Assembly: GCF_006345805.1 (NCBI RefSeq)
Contig: NC_043011.1
Span: 13,280,464-13,344,463 of the forward strand
DNA length: 64,000 bases
DNA from: Octopus sinensis
Taxonomy: Eukaryota
Reading direction: 5' to 3'
This document shows, piece by piece, positions 35,380-48,404 of the stretch (its first letter is position 1; each line of letters starts with the position of its first letter). The notes beneath the pieces are model-generated. The model was not told where the DNA came from and made no database searches. It saw only the letters and a list, made by a program, of their open reading frames with translations. The position numbers were made by a program, and so were the translations under genes.

Positions 35380-36157
35380 TACAGACAATGATCTTCTTTC
35401 AATTTCTGTTCACCAGATCCATTCACAAGACTTTGGTTAGCATGGGCTATTGTAGAAAGCACTTGCCTAAGTCGGACTGAGCCCAAAACTGCATAATTGG
35501 GAAGCAAGCTTCTCAACCTCACAGCCAATCCCACCTGTACCTGTAGTTTCTTTATTATAATTCATTGTAAGAGATTTCCTGAAAATAACTCAAGAATCCA
35601 CTTCATGCAGCTTTATCTCCTTTATAGGAGTAATATTTACTGTAGATAACTTCTCAATTGATTTTGTTTGAATCTATTGAAATCATTAATTTGTCTATTT
35701 TTGTTCAGTTAATTGCATCATACACACATATGACAAGTCAAAGTTCATTTTAATTTATTAAAGTACTACTGATAGTTTATAAACAGGAACAGTTGATAAC
35801 TTGTCAATTGTACCAATTTTCAAGATACTCAGATTGTAAATGATAATATTATTTAATAGATTTGCTAATTTCAAAGTATTTTTATATCATGCATTTTGTG
35901 AATAACAATATTGTAATTAGCTTTTTTAATCACTTGCTAATTGTATTACTGTATTTCTGTGCAAGTGAAAATTATGTGGGAGTATCTGTGCAACTTGGGA
36001 AAATGACAAATGTATTTGTATGACTCAAGTAGATTAAATACTGTGGGTATTTAAAAATACCTTTTGGTATTTAAAAATACCTTTTGGTATTTTTGTTCAG
36101 AAAAAGTGATTCATCAGTTATCTCACTGCTATACATCAGTGAAATATATTAAGAAAT

Positions 36158-36553
36158 ACTAGCACTATGACCCGGCGTTGCCGGGTCTACTGCTAGTTGT
36201 TCGTTGCGTCGCAGTAAAAATTTCTCACTAAATCAAGAGCAAAGTTTCTTATCACATTTCAGCCCAGGCCAGTTTTGTTGTTTTTGAGCTAGTTGGTGCT
36301 TTTTATGAAATTAATTACTATTCATTGGACCTCGACCGTGCCCATATGCCCATAATTTATGGGCATAAGCGGTCGGTTTATTGATTTTATTAATGGCTTT
36401 CTGGGGGTGGCTGGGGAAATGAAAAGATCTTCACGACCACCCTCAGACAGTTTTGAAAGCCCATAGAAAATGTTAGCCTTTTACGTGAAAAACTGGATTT
36501 GTATAGAGGACACAGAGATACACTGACATTCTGCCGTTTATAGATATAGAGAT
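36158..36553 (+). mobile_element. Non-autonomous Helitron-like element
   Basis: ACTAGCACTATGACCCGG hairpin start; CTGCCGTTTATAGATATAGAGAT end. Confidence 0.72.
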
Positions 36554-36977
36554 ATTGTACACAAGTTTCTTTCTACTAAATTTCACTGACAAAGCATTGG
36601 TCATTTCAAGGCTATGCTTGAAGACATTTGTCCAAGATACTACACAACAGTTTTAAATTCTGAAGCTACATGGGCTGCAAAACAATCTTCTAAACCACAC
36701 AGCTTTGTCTATGCATTTTTAGAAAAGGCAGTTTGCTTCTGGCATGCAAACATACAGGTAACAGATCTGCCTCATGCTTGCTGTGGGTAATCTTGTAAGA
36801 TGTTCTGTGTTGCAACATCTGCATGGTCAGACTATCAGTGGCTAAACTGATGCCTCATCAAAGTCTGCTTGGTGAGGTGGGTGACTTTTGGACACCACAT
36901 GGTGAAAGACAAAATCTCGAACAGCCATACAATAGTGTGTGCCTGTGAATTAAATATAAGGATAAAATCTATATAAG

Positions 36978-37360
36978 ACTAGCACTATGACCCGGCAACA
37001 CCGGGTCATAGTGCTAGTGCATGCAAATACAGCTGCGTGCGTGCACACATACACGCGAGTACTGTCCAAAACTCCGACCAATCACATACAGCTAGCTGGC
37101 ATTCAATTGGCGTATCAAGTTTCGGGCATTTTGATTGGGTTTTGGATAGAAAATTCACAAAAAAAGTCACTTCTATTGATTTTTTAATGGCTTTGCAGGG
37201 TGACTGGGGAAATGTAAAGATGTGCACGACCACCTTTGGATGGTTTTGAATGACCATAGAAAGTGCGAGCCCTCTAACTGAAAAATTGTGGATTTGTATA
37301 AAGGATACACACACACACACACACACAGACAGACATTTTGCCATTTATATATGTAGAGAT
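36978..37360 (+). mobile_element. Non-autonomous Helitron-like element
   Basis: Perfect 18-bp terminal hairpin; internal similarity to the 36158 copy; TTTATATATGTAGAGAT end. Confidence 0.72.
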
Positions 37361-37721
37361 ATTATCAAGTAGCCAGCATGTAAAGCCAATTAAGTTTAAA
37401 AATTATGATTTTTTTAAAATACAATATTACATTAAGGGCTGTTACTATAAGTAAAGCCATATGCTAGAAAGGGACGCTAAAGTCAAACTACTTTATCAAA
37501 ATATAGACATGCACTGAAGTTGAAGAAATGAACAAAGAAAATATTCTTTAAAAAAAACTTCAGTTGCATATCGAAATGATTTCATGATCAGCGCTGTAGC
37601 AGGCTTTCCATTCAACTCCAGCATGTGTGTATATTTGATAAAGTAGTTTGACTTTAGCGTCCCTTCCAGCATATAGCTTTACTTATAGTAACAGTCCTTA
37701 ATGCATGTGTGTGTGTGTATA

Positions 37722-37771
<50 letters not shown>

Positions 37772-40700
37772 AGCGCAGCCTTGACTGACTTCCATGCCGG
37801 TGGCACGTAAAAAGCACCCACTACACTCACGAAGTGGTTGGCATTAGGAAGGGCATCCAGCTATAGAAACACTGCCAGATCAGACTGGAGCCTGGTGCAG
37901 CCTTCTGGCTTCCCAGATCCCAGTCTAACCGTCCAACCCATACTAGCATGGAAAACGGACGTTAAACGATGATGATGATACACACACACACACATATACA
38001 TGTGCATATACATTTGTATTAACATATTTTGTATTTACACAATACAAAATAGAAGGATGCTTTGACATGACCTTTACAGCATTTTTCTGGTCTCTAGACT
38101 TATTTTCTTGCTTGTTGCAAGTTTAACACTTTCAAAAGTTTAAAGAATGGCACTCATGTTGCACTGATATTTGTCACTAGAAAATTTGAAGGGGTAGTAA
38201 ATTTTGTGTCTTTATATGTATACATGAACGCATGCAAGCAAGCAAGTTCATGCAAATCAAAGCTTAAACTACTTGCAGCAGCCATAAACTGATAGTAGGC
38301 CTTTTGTTGCAGGGGTCACACACTTAACATAGTTTCCTTTTTTCATAAGGGGACACAGAATGTCGTATCAGTTAATTAAGCTTCTCTGGTTGCATAAATG
38401 TACCATCAGTGTCTGGGAAATACTGTCTAAGTTTTTGTTACACTGGTATAAGCTTTTGTTATCATGAGAATCCATGACAGGAAGCACTGCTACATTTTTG
38501 AAAAGAAAAAGAGTGCAAAAGGTGGTTATTCTTGATAGTGAGATCGCAGTTAATGTGTGTGTATTGACTGTAATGTAATAAGAAGCAATAAGTATTATAA
38601 TTAGAAACACAGTTTGACTGTTAATGTGGGAAACATGTTAAATCCTTTGTAATATTAGACAATGATGTGAGGGCAGTATATTTTATACTTAGATTGTGTT
38701 AATAATGTATAATTGAAGTTTAAAACCTAAATTCTCTTTTTTGGGGCTTTTTTTTTTTTGTTTTTGCTCTCTGCAAGTCAGCTTGAAATTTACAGTAGGA
38801 CTTGTAAATATCTGACTGAATAGTTACTGTCTGCCACAGCAAAATTGATACCAGTGCTGGTGCCAGATAAAAAAAAAACACTTGTACTGGTGCCATGTTA
38901 AAAGTACCAAGTACACTCTGTGGAGTGGTTGATACTAGGAAGAGCATCCAATCATAGAAACCATTCCAGAACAGACAATGGCGTCCAGTGTGGCCCCTGG
39001 CTTACCAGCTCTGATCAAACCATCCAACCCACACCAGCATAGGAAACAGACTTTAAATGATGATGATGATGGTGATGCATATAAACAAAATGAATGCATA
39101 TTTTGTACTCAGTCTCATATCAACTCAACTTGCATTGACCTACAAAGGGCAAATGTCGAGGTACTTTCTCCAGATGTAGCACTCCAGATATTCCATGCCT
39201 TTGTTTTGAGTAGCACATTGCACATTTTGAGATGCAATTTTATTTTTATTGTGTAGAATGCAGGATAGTAATTTGATAATTTTGCATTTCCTCTACTGTT
39301 CAAGCTCACGTTGGCCCTACAGACATATTAGAACATATTGGAATTTAATCATTTTTATGCGATGATCAACCGAATTAGTTACAGTCTAGATAATGACTTA
39401 ACATTTTAAATTATCTGTAATACATGTTAGTATTTTCAACATTTCTCTTGGCGATGTCTATGAAATATTCTTTTTGAAAAAAACTCTTAGAATTGAAATT
39501 GTTTATTGACAACAATAAAAATTGCTGTCATTTTAATCTTAGAAAAGAGGGATGCAGAATTCTTGAATTTAGGGGAAATGCACTGCAATTCTTAATAGTT
39601 GCACTTGCAATAGAATAGCAGCAGTGGCAGCTGCAGTATGGAAACATGCACTATCACAGTGCATTACTACATGTCATTTGTTGGTGATTCCCTACTCTTG
39701 ACAGATGACACCCTTGCACCACTCAGGCGACAACCCTCTAATCCATGGGTCTGTTTGGGTAGTCGTTGCTGGCGATGGTCTTACAAGGTTGGGGTGCAAA
39801 TCCTACCCCAACTTCTTTTAGTTGCCTTATGTGACATGCAGAGAAAAAAGTTGGGGTTGATCCTTTTGCATACCAGTCCCCATAGAGCACAATAGCAACA
39901 TGAAATAAAGTGTTCTGCTCAAGGACACAACATTGCTTGGTCTAGGAATTGAACACGCAATCTGGCAATTGTGAGTGCAACACCCTAACCACTAGGCGAC
40001 ATGCCTCCACAAGAGAAGACCTAATAGTTCATTTTAAGGGAATAAGTTCATGTGGGATAATTTATTTTGAATAACAAAATTAGATATTGTAAAAATGCAT
40101 GAAAAGACCATATGATCTCTTGGTAAATGACAACTGAAATATGTCTTAATTCTATTTAAATATTAAAGTTAGGACAGTGAAGACTACAATTAAAGTTTTG
40201 AACATCTATAACATGTAAAGAAAATGAATGTAATGTCTTTCTTTAATTCAACTTCACTCAAACAAGATATACTGGAAAGCAAACTCGACTATTTACTTGT
40301 ATAATATGTATTTTGACATGTTTGTTTTCTTATGATATTCTGAATTTGACAAATTTGTCAAATTAACATTCTTGTATTTTAAAATCTTTATTCCCACTTG
40401 TCAGTCATGAAACTAAGATATTTTTGTACCGTCACCTGTGATATTGCTAACCAGGACCAGTTGTTCATGACAGCTTCAGCTCTATTTAAGCAGAACTAGC
40501 TATGATTAAAAGCATTTTAGCCATGATCATCCTATCTTCTTGTGTATTTTGCACTATATTGACTCTGTGTGTGTGTGTGTGTGTTTAAGATGGTTGGCTG
40601 CTATTTGTAGCAAGTTGAGCGACCACATAGCAGGTCCCTTGTGGGTAGTGAAATATCTTGGAATAAATTTCTCTTTTATCCTTGACATGTTTGTTTCAGT

Positions 40701-41330
40701 CTGACCTGTATTCATGTTATTCACATCACGAAGTGTATAAAACAATCTTCCTTGTTCACTTGAAAATGATTTTATTGCTAATCAATGATCCAACAAATTT
40801 TGAATTATCTACTTCTTTTCCATGAATTCACTTGTGTAAGCTGGACGGTGAATCTTGTTCATGAAGACAAATGTTTCTTTGTTAGATTATTATTAAGAAA
40901 TCAATATATACTACACACAATACATGTAAGGAAGAAAATTAAAATAACACCTTTTAGAAAAAATATGTGGAACTGAAAGATGCTTGTGAAGACTAGCTTT
41001 TACACTGCTCTGGTACATTAATTTATGGAATCTAAGAGACCAAGAATAGTGTTAAGTAATGATGGATAGTTGTATTTCAGCCATAGAATACAATGGATGA
41101 AGTATGGTGGGTAACATTGTAGATCAGATACTGAGAGAGAGAAGACCAATGTGGGTGATAAGAAAAATAGAAATAGCAAGAAACTGAAATTGAAAGCTTA
41201 ATTTTTGAACTCTCCTATTTAGAAAAGAATAAGAGAGGAGATCTGTTAATTGAAGAAGGAAAGTAAATTGCTGGGGAAACTTGTATCCATTATGACAGAA
41301 CTCATTCAAAAAGACTTTACTTTAAAAAAC

Positions 41331-44300
41331 TGTTGTATAGTGAAACTGTATACCCGCCTCCTGGTAAAAAGTGGTAGGAGACAGTCATTATAAATAAACC
41401 AGTAGCCTGTCATCGAGTTAGGGTCGTGAGTCAAAGAGTTGACAGTTCTCGTTGGTGTCTTGTGGCACTATCAGCAATAGTAAGTTAGAAGTTAAAAGTA
41501 CAATGGTATCCAATGACTAGTAACAAAAGTGGTGACAAGGAAAAACAAATTTATGCAGTGTAAAAAAAAAAAACCCATTCACACGGAGTGTTTAAACCTA
41601 TTCACATGGAAAATTAACTCAACAAAAAAGAAACAAAAATTTTGTGCAAACTTATAAAAATTGTAAAATATGGAAGACTTGTTAGCTGGGGTAGTTGAGT
41701 TGCAAAAACAACAACAACAACTCAAAGAACAATGAGAACAACAAGGATTGCAGCAGCAAATGTTACAACTTATGATGTTGATAACCTAACCAGAAAATAC
41801 ATTTTCACCTGACCATGTAGTAAGTTCCATAAGTGAATTCAAATATGACCCCGCAGAAGGAGTAACATTTGGGGTTTACTTTCGAAGATTTGAACAAATG
41901 TTTAATAGGTGCAGGAGTGGCTGTGTGGTAAGTAGCTTGCTTACCAACCACATGGTTCCGGGTTCAGTCCCACTGCGTGGCACCTTGGACAAGTGTCTTC
42001 TACTATAGCTTTGGGCTGACCAAAGCCTTGTAAGTGGATTTGGTAGACGGAAACTGAAAGAAGCCCGTTGTATATCTGTATATATATATATGTGTGTGTG
42101 TTGTCTTTGTCCGACCAACATCGCTTAACAACCGATGCTGGTGTGTTTATGTCCCCGTAACTTAGCGGTTCGGTAAAAGTGACCGATAGAATAAGTACTA
42201 GGCTTACAAAGAATAAGTCCTGGGGTCGATCTGATCGACTAAAGGCGGTGCTCCAGCATGGCCGCAGTCAAATGACTGAAACAAGTAAAAGAGTAAAGAG
42301 AGAGAGAGTAAAGAACATCAGGATTGGACAGATTAAATAAAAACGTGTCTAGTTTTAAGAAAACTAGCAACAGCAGAGCATAAGAAGCATAGTAACATCA
42401 TATTGCCAAAAGAAAATGTGTCCAACATAAATTTCACGAACACGGTTGAAATTTTATGTAAAATGTTTAGTGAAAAGAACTCACCGTTTAATACTAGATG
42501 GAAATGTTTAAACATAGAAAAGAGCAAAGATGAAGATTTCACTTCTTACACAGGCAGAGTCAACAAAGAATGTAAGAGATTTAGGCTGGATTTGCTTACT
42601 CCAGATTCTTTCAAGTGTTTGATTTTTACACAAGGATTGACAGATAAAAGGGATGCAGAAATCCAAATGAAGATTCTAGCAAAACTGGATTTGACATTGC
42701 AGAAATTGTCGGAAGAGTGTGACATAATAATAAAATTAAGGCATGACATAAAAGAATTCTATGGAGGGAGTGTTTTCACATAAGACCAGTGCAAAAAAAG
42801 TCAGAAGACAAAGTGTAGCAGGAAAAACAGAAAAAATATTGGGATGTAGACCCATGTGTGGTATGTGGTGGGATGTACCTGAAAAAAGGTTGTCCATTTA
42901 AAAAACAAAGTGCTTTCGCTGTGGGTTTACAGAACATATAAAAATTACACTGCAAAACTAGAATGATAGGAAAATGGAACAACCGAGAAAGAATAAATAG
43001 TTTGTCAGCAGAAAAAGTTGTGACTTCAACAAACAGAACAGAAAGGTTGAACCAAAAAATGTGAATGTTTATGTGTAGAAAAAATCCATGAATTTATTTG
43101 GCACCAAATTGTATGGAGAAATTTAATATATGGGATACACCCATAAGCATTTTGTGCAGTAGCGTAAATAGAACAGTCAAACGATTGAACGAGGTCAATG
43201 AGTTGAGACAATAAAATAAGAGAAACTTTCCCAGAAGATTTTTCAGAAGGTTTAGGCTGTTGCACGAAAGCAAAAGCAAGAATTATTACCAAAGAAAATT
43301 CAACACCTATTTTCAAACCCAAAAGGAATGTGCCGTTTGCAGCAGTAGACAAGGTCAATAAAGAACCAGAAAGGTTGGAAAGCCTGAATATAATTGCAAA
43401 GATTGACCATACAGACTGGGCAACACTGGCGGTCAACGTAAAAAAAAAAAAAAAAAAGAAGCTTAGTGTGCACAGACTTCTCAACTGGATTAAATGACTG
43501 TTTACTCACACACAATTACACACTACCAAACCCCCAGAAGTATTTGCTTAACTAAACGGAGAGAAAATTTTCTTGAAGTTTGACCTCTCAGAGGTCTACC
43601 TTCAAGTTCAGTTAGAGGAAGATTGCTCACATCTGCTAACAATCAACACACACCATGGATTGTACAAGTTCAAGCGACTGCCATTTGAAGTAAAAGTGGC
43701 ACCCGCTGTATTCCAACAAATAATGGATGCAATGTTAAGTGATTGCGATTTCGCCATTGCATACCTCGACGACATTTGATAAAGAGCAACTCTTGGGTGC
43801 AACACGCCAAATACGTAAAGTATTCGAGAGAATAAATGAATACTGGGTAAAACTGACAGAAGTAAAATGCGAACTTTGATGGAAGACTAAAATACTTAAG
43901 TCAAGTAATTGATGAAGTGGACACAGGCTGGACCCATCAAGGGTGATGGCAATATGAAATATGCCTCCCCCGATGAACGTGACAATGCTACAAGCATTCC
44001 TAGGCTTGGTAAATTATTACCAAGTGTATATCCCAAATGTATATATAGTAAAGGCACCACTTAATGAATTACTTAAAAGAAATGCCAAATGGATTTGGAC
44101 AGAGAAATGCCATAAAGTATTTAATAAGTTAAAAGACGTGTTAACTTGTATCTTACACATTTCAACCCACAGTTTGAGATAATACTAGCTACAGATGCTA
44201 GCAAGTATGGGATAGGAGCCATGCTCTTACACAAGGTGATGGCGGCAGGAGAAAATTCATAGCTCACATGTCAAGGACATTATTGCTGGTGGAAAAGAGT

Positions 44301-44486
44301 CATAGCCAGATTTAAAAAAAGGGTGTTGGCTATTATATTTGGTGTGAAAAAATTCCACAGGTTCAGTCATGACATATTTTTGGCTGCAAACAGACCATGG
44401 ATCTCTACTAAGGATATACAGATCCAAGAAAGGAATCCCGACACGGCAAACAGACTGCAGTTGTGGGGTATCCAATGACTAGTAAC
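41331..44486 (+). mobile_element. Degenerate Ty3/Gypsy LTR retrotransposon (5' LTR 41331-41525, PBS, gag, RT, RNase H; integrase absent)
   Basis: TG...CA LTR; PBS TGGTGACAAGG at 41530-41540; gag FKYDPAEGVTFGVYFRRFE; RT DLSEVYLQV...RLPFEVKVAPAVFQ...YLDDI; RNase H AFLGLVNYY and TDASKYGIG; the last 20 nt of the LTR recur at 44467-44486. Confidence 0.88.
41910..42310 (+). mobile_element. SINE family B copy nested in the Gypsy gag region
   Basis: Interrupts the gag reading ...FEQMFN|KEHQDW. Confidence 0.9.
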
Positions 44487-45129
44487 TATTTTGGCTGCTA
44501 GCGTAAAACAGCAACTACAATACAATGGCAGTCACACATCACGCCGGTAGGAGGAACCCACTTTATAACAAAAACTTATCTAATGTGAATGAAACATCTG
44601 TAGAGCTTTACTTCACTGGCACCTGTGCCAGTGGCACATGTAAAAAGATTCGAGCGAGGTCGTTGCCAGTACCTCCTGACTGGGCCCCAGTGCCGGTGGC
44701 ATGTAAAAAGCACCCACTACACTCTCGGAGTGGTTGGCGTTAGGAAGGGCATCCAGCTGTAGAAACTCTGCCAGATCAAGATTGGAGCCTGGTGCAGCCA
44801 TCTGGTTTGCCAGCCCTCAGTCAAAATCATCCAACCCATGATAGCATGGAAAGCGGACGTTAAATGATGATGATGATAATGATGGTGAATCATATTGATT
44901 TGGTACTTTGTCTTATAGATATTCTAGCTGATCTACTTCCAACAAGTTTGTAAATACCCATCTCATTCACCTAATATCAACAACAAAAGCAATAATGAAC
45001 CATGCTAAAATAGGCGTAAACCAATCAAATAGTAGTTAGCTACAGAAAATTAATAGCTATACAAATGAAAAGGAAAACATTTCTTTTTCATCAATTTTTA
45101 TTAGTCTTTCTTTTTTATATAATCTGGAG

Positions 45130-45386
45130 TGGTGGTTCTCAAGTGGAGCCCATATGGCTCTTTGAAATCCATATAAGATTTTGCTGTTAATATTTATTGC
45201 GCAATAAACTAGTTATATTTCTATGATACATAAAATATTTAAACATTTTTTGTACAATTCCTTATAATATTTAATCATAAAAATATAATAGGACTTATTA
45301 GAATTGAATGACTTATGAGCCCCTACCGCCCAGAGTAATATAGGAATCAAAGGGCTCCGTAGGTAAAAAATGGTTGAGAACTGCTA
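45130..45386. mobile_element. hAT (Charlie/Buster-type) MITE
   Basis: TIR T(G)GTGGTTCTCAA/TTGAGAACTGCTA; 8-bp TSD ATCTGGAG/ATCTAGAG fitting NTCTAGAN. Confidence 0.75.
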
Positions 45387-45932
45387 ATCTAGAGTAACTG
45401 ATCTCAAACTTCAGTTGTATATAAGTTCTATGTTAGTACTTAACAAAAATCTGTGCTACTTTATCATTATCCTGTTTTGATATGATGATTTTTAAGGGCT
45501 ATGCAGTGATGGTGGTGGTGGCAATCTTCTTTTTCTGGAAATCCAAGTATGCAATGTAGGTTTGAATATCCACTTGAGCTTATTTCGTTTCACTTACTCT
45601 TGGTATCTACAATGTCTGACTGGAGAGCTGCTCTGTACCAGAGTGATTTGCACTTGACATGCTTATTGTAGACAATACCTTCTATGATAAAGTAATGGGT
45701 TGGTAAGTTTTTGTTTTCGTATTTCTTCATTGCCAAGATAAATAGTTTCTAACAAGAGCACGAGGCCATATATCTGGAGGATAGTATAGTGGATTATTTT
45801 GCTCTCCTGTACTTGACTTTAATTTATTAACTTTGAAAGGCAAAGTTGCCCTCAGCAAGATTTTAACTTAGAGTAAAGAACTGGAATAAATACTGCTGTG
45901 CAATTTTACCTATGGTATTATGATTATAATGT

Positions 45933-46337
45933 GGCGGCGAGCTGGCAGAAACGTTTGCACGCTGGGCGAAATACTTAGCGGTATTTCGTCTGCTGCTACG
46001 TTCTGAGTTCAAATTTTGCCGAGGTCAACTTTGTCTTTCATCCTTTCGGGGTAGATTAAATAAGTACCAGTTACGCACTGGGGTCGATATAATCAACTTA
46101 ATCTGTTTGTCCCCTCTGTGTGTAGCCCCTTGTGGATAGTAAAGAAATAGGTATTTCATCTGCCGCTACGTTCTGAGTTCAAATTCCGCCAAGGTCGACT
46201 TTGCCTTACATCCTTTCGAGGTAGATTAAATAAGTACAGGTTATGCACTGGGGTTGATATAATCGACTTAATCCGTTTGTGTGTCCTTGTTTGTCCACTC
46301 TGCGTGTAGCCCCTTGTGGGTAGTAAAGAAATAGGTA
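45933..46337 (+). mobile_element. SINE family E with a tandemly repeated body unit of about 185 bp
   Basis: GGCGGCGAGCTGGCAGAAACG head; two copies of CTACGTTCTGAGTTCAAATT...AAAGAAATAGGTAT. Confidence 0.85.
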
Positions 46338-46840
46338 TGATGATTATAATGTTATAATGCACCATCTTTGCCAAGGTAAATAATTTTAAAAAATAACCTT
46401 TAGGAAAAAAAGTATCCAGAATGGTGTGTGTGTGTGTGTGTGTGTGTGTTTGGTGGGGGGGGGGAGAAAGAGAGAGAGTGTGAAGGTCCTGCCACTGGAT
46501 TCAAAGATGGTTACAGATGAGAGAGAATGAAGTTGATGTTAGCCAGCTTTTCTTCACTTTGAATAAAGTCACTATGATAGTCATCAGTCATCGTTAAAGA
46601 TACTGAGTGGTCCTTGTTGTTCCAATGAATGAACGTGATTATATATATCATCTAAACTACAAAAATACTCTGAGGAATTCAAAGGGTAGTGCAATCCAGT
46701 GTTGGGAAATCCATGAATTAAGTACTCCAAATCATCATCGGAAGGACATAAAAGATTCATGTGAGCGTGCAACACACCCACTCTTTTTTCGATTTTATAC
46801 TGAGCATCAAACTAATACATAATCTTACTTATTTGTACTT

Positions 46841-47220
46841 GTGGCGACATTTACCCTGGGCGGGTTGAGTCGGCTTCTTCTTCCACCCTCGAGGCATCTC
46901 GAACCATGGCAGAAGAAGTTTCGTGGGAATATGTGGATTTCACAAGCGGTCCCCAACAATCCCACATGTGGAGACATCCTGTTTGCTGCAGATTGTCCGC
47001 AGGGACAGAACGACCAAGGAGCCGCCGGTTGCCGAAACAGACACTCCGAAGATTTTCACCAGAGCCCCATCTGCCGGGTTGTGGCCCTAATACCACTCAG
47101 TATCAGACCAATCCACCTTGGGTGGCCCTACCAGGAACCGAACTTCCCGACGGCATAGCTGTGACACTACCCGTTGCCAGCGTCCCCACCACGGTGAGGA
47201 GGGGATGGACTTTGGGGACC
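46841..47220 (-). mobile_element. 5' UTR fragment of an RTE-clade (Expander/Rex3-like) LINE with an HDV-like ribozyme remnant at its 5' end
   Basis: GC-rich island. The minus strand reads ...ctcctcaccgtggtgggg...gctatgccgtcggg...cctggtagggccacccaagg, resembling recalled RTE/Expander 5' ends; 7-bp P1 GTCCCCA/TGGGGAC. Confidence 0.55.
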
Positions 47221-47824
47221 TAATACATACCATGTGTATGTCCTCTTGACTTTTGTTGTTTTGTTTTTATTTTTAATTTTCAATTTGCCTCTGTCTATCT
47301 ATCTATCTATCCGTCCATCAATCCATCCTGCATGGCACCTTGGGTTGACAATAGCTAAATCCAATTCGTTCAGCCATGTGCGAATAGGACTAAAATAATT
47401 CTGCAGCAAATAACTTGGTTGAAGTATTTTGTATTTATCTTTGTAATCAAAGATAAAATCTATGTAAGATTTTATCAAGTAGCCAGCCTGTAATAAACAG
47501 TGATAGCATGTGGCACTACTCATTAGTGCTTTTATTATAAACATATTTATATTTTTTATATTATGTATAAATATATTAATATTTGTATGTATATGGATGT
47601 ATGTGTATATATATTTTATATCTTGCCACAAGTGGGTATAGATAATTATGCAGTGGAAGGTTAATCAATGTGTTCACATGACGTACTTTGTGAGGCTACC
47701 AAAATGCTCTCTCCAACTACTACTCTTTATAAGAGTTTGGCTAGTCCATTCTCCAATCTGTTAGGGGTGTCAATGACTTCGCCATAACAATATATATATA
47801 TATTTATGTATGTATATATGAATG

Positions 47825-47871
<47 letters not shown>

Positions 47872-47969
47872 GTATGTATATATGTATGTATATGTATGTA
47901 TATATGTATGTATATGTATGTATATATGTATGTATATATGTATGTATGTATGTATATATGTATGTATGT

Positions 47970-48009
<40 letters not shown>

Positions 48010-48404
48010 GTGTATGTATATATATGTATTTATATATGTATGTATTTATATATGTATGTATATATATATGTATGTATGTATATATATATAGGTATGTATA
48101 TATGTATGTATATGTATGTTTTTTTTTTTTTGCTGAACCCTGATTATATAACGTAATGTTTTTTATATATATATATATATATACACGTGCGGGTGGTACG
48201 TAAAAAGCACCCACTACACTCACAAAGTGGTTGGCGTTAGGAAGGGCATCCAGCCGTAGAAACACTGCCAGATCTGACTAGGCCTGATGAAGCCTTCCGG
48301 CTTCACAGACCCCAGTTGAACCGTCCAACCCATGCTAGCATGGAAAATGGACGCTAAACGATGATGATGATGTATGTATGTACGTATGTATATGTATGTA
48401 TGTA

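Noticed and set aside
36046-36092. 20-bp tandem duplication of a small palindrome (GGTATTTAAAAATACC)
   Set aside because: Most simply local slippage; no supporting context.
45933-46337. CRISPR-like or regularly spaced array
   Set aside because: Eukaryotic SINE tandem units with no unique spacers.
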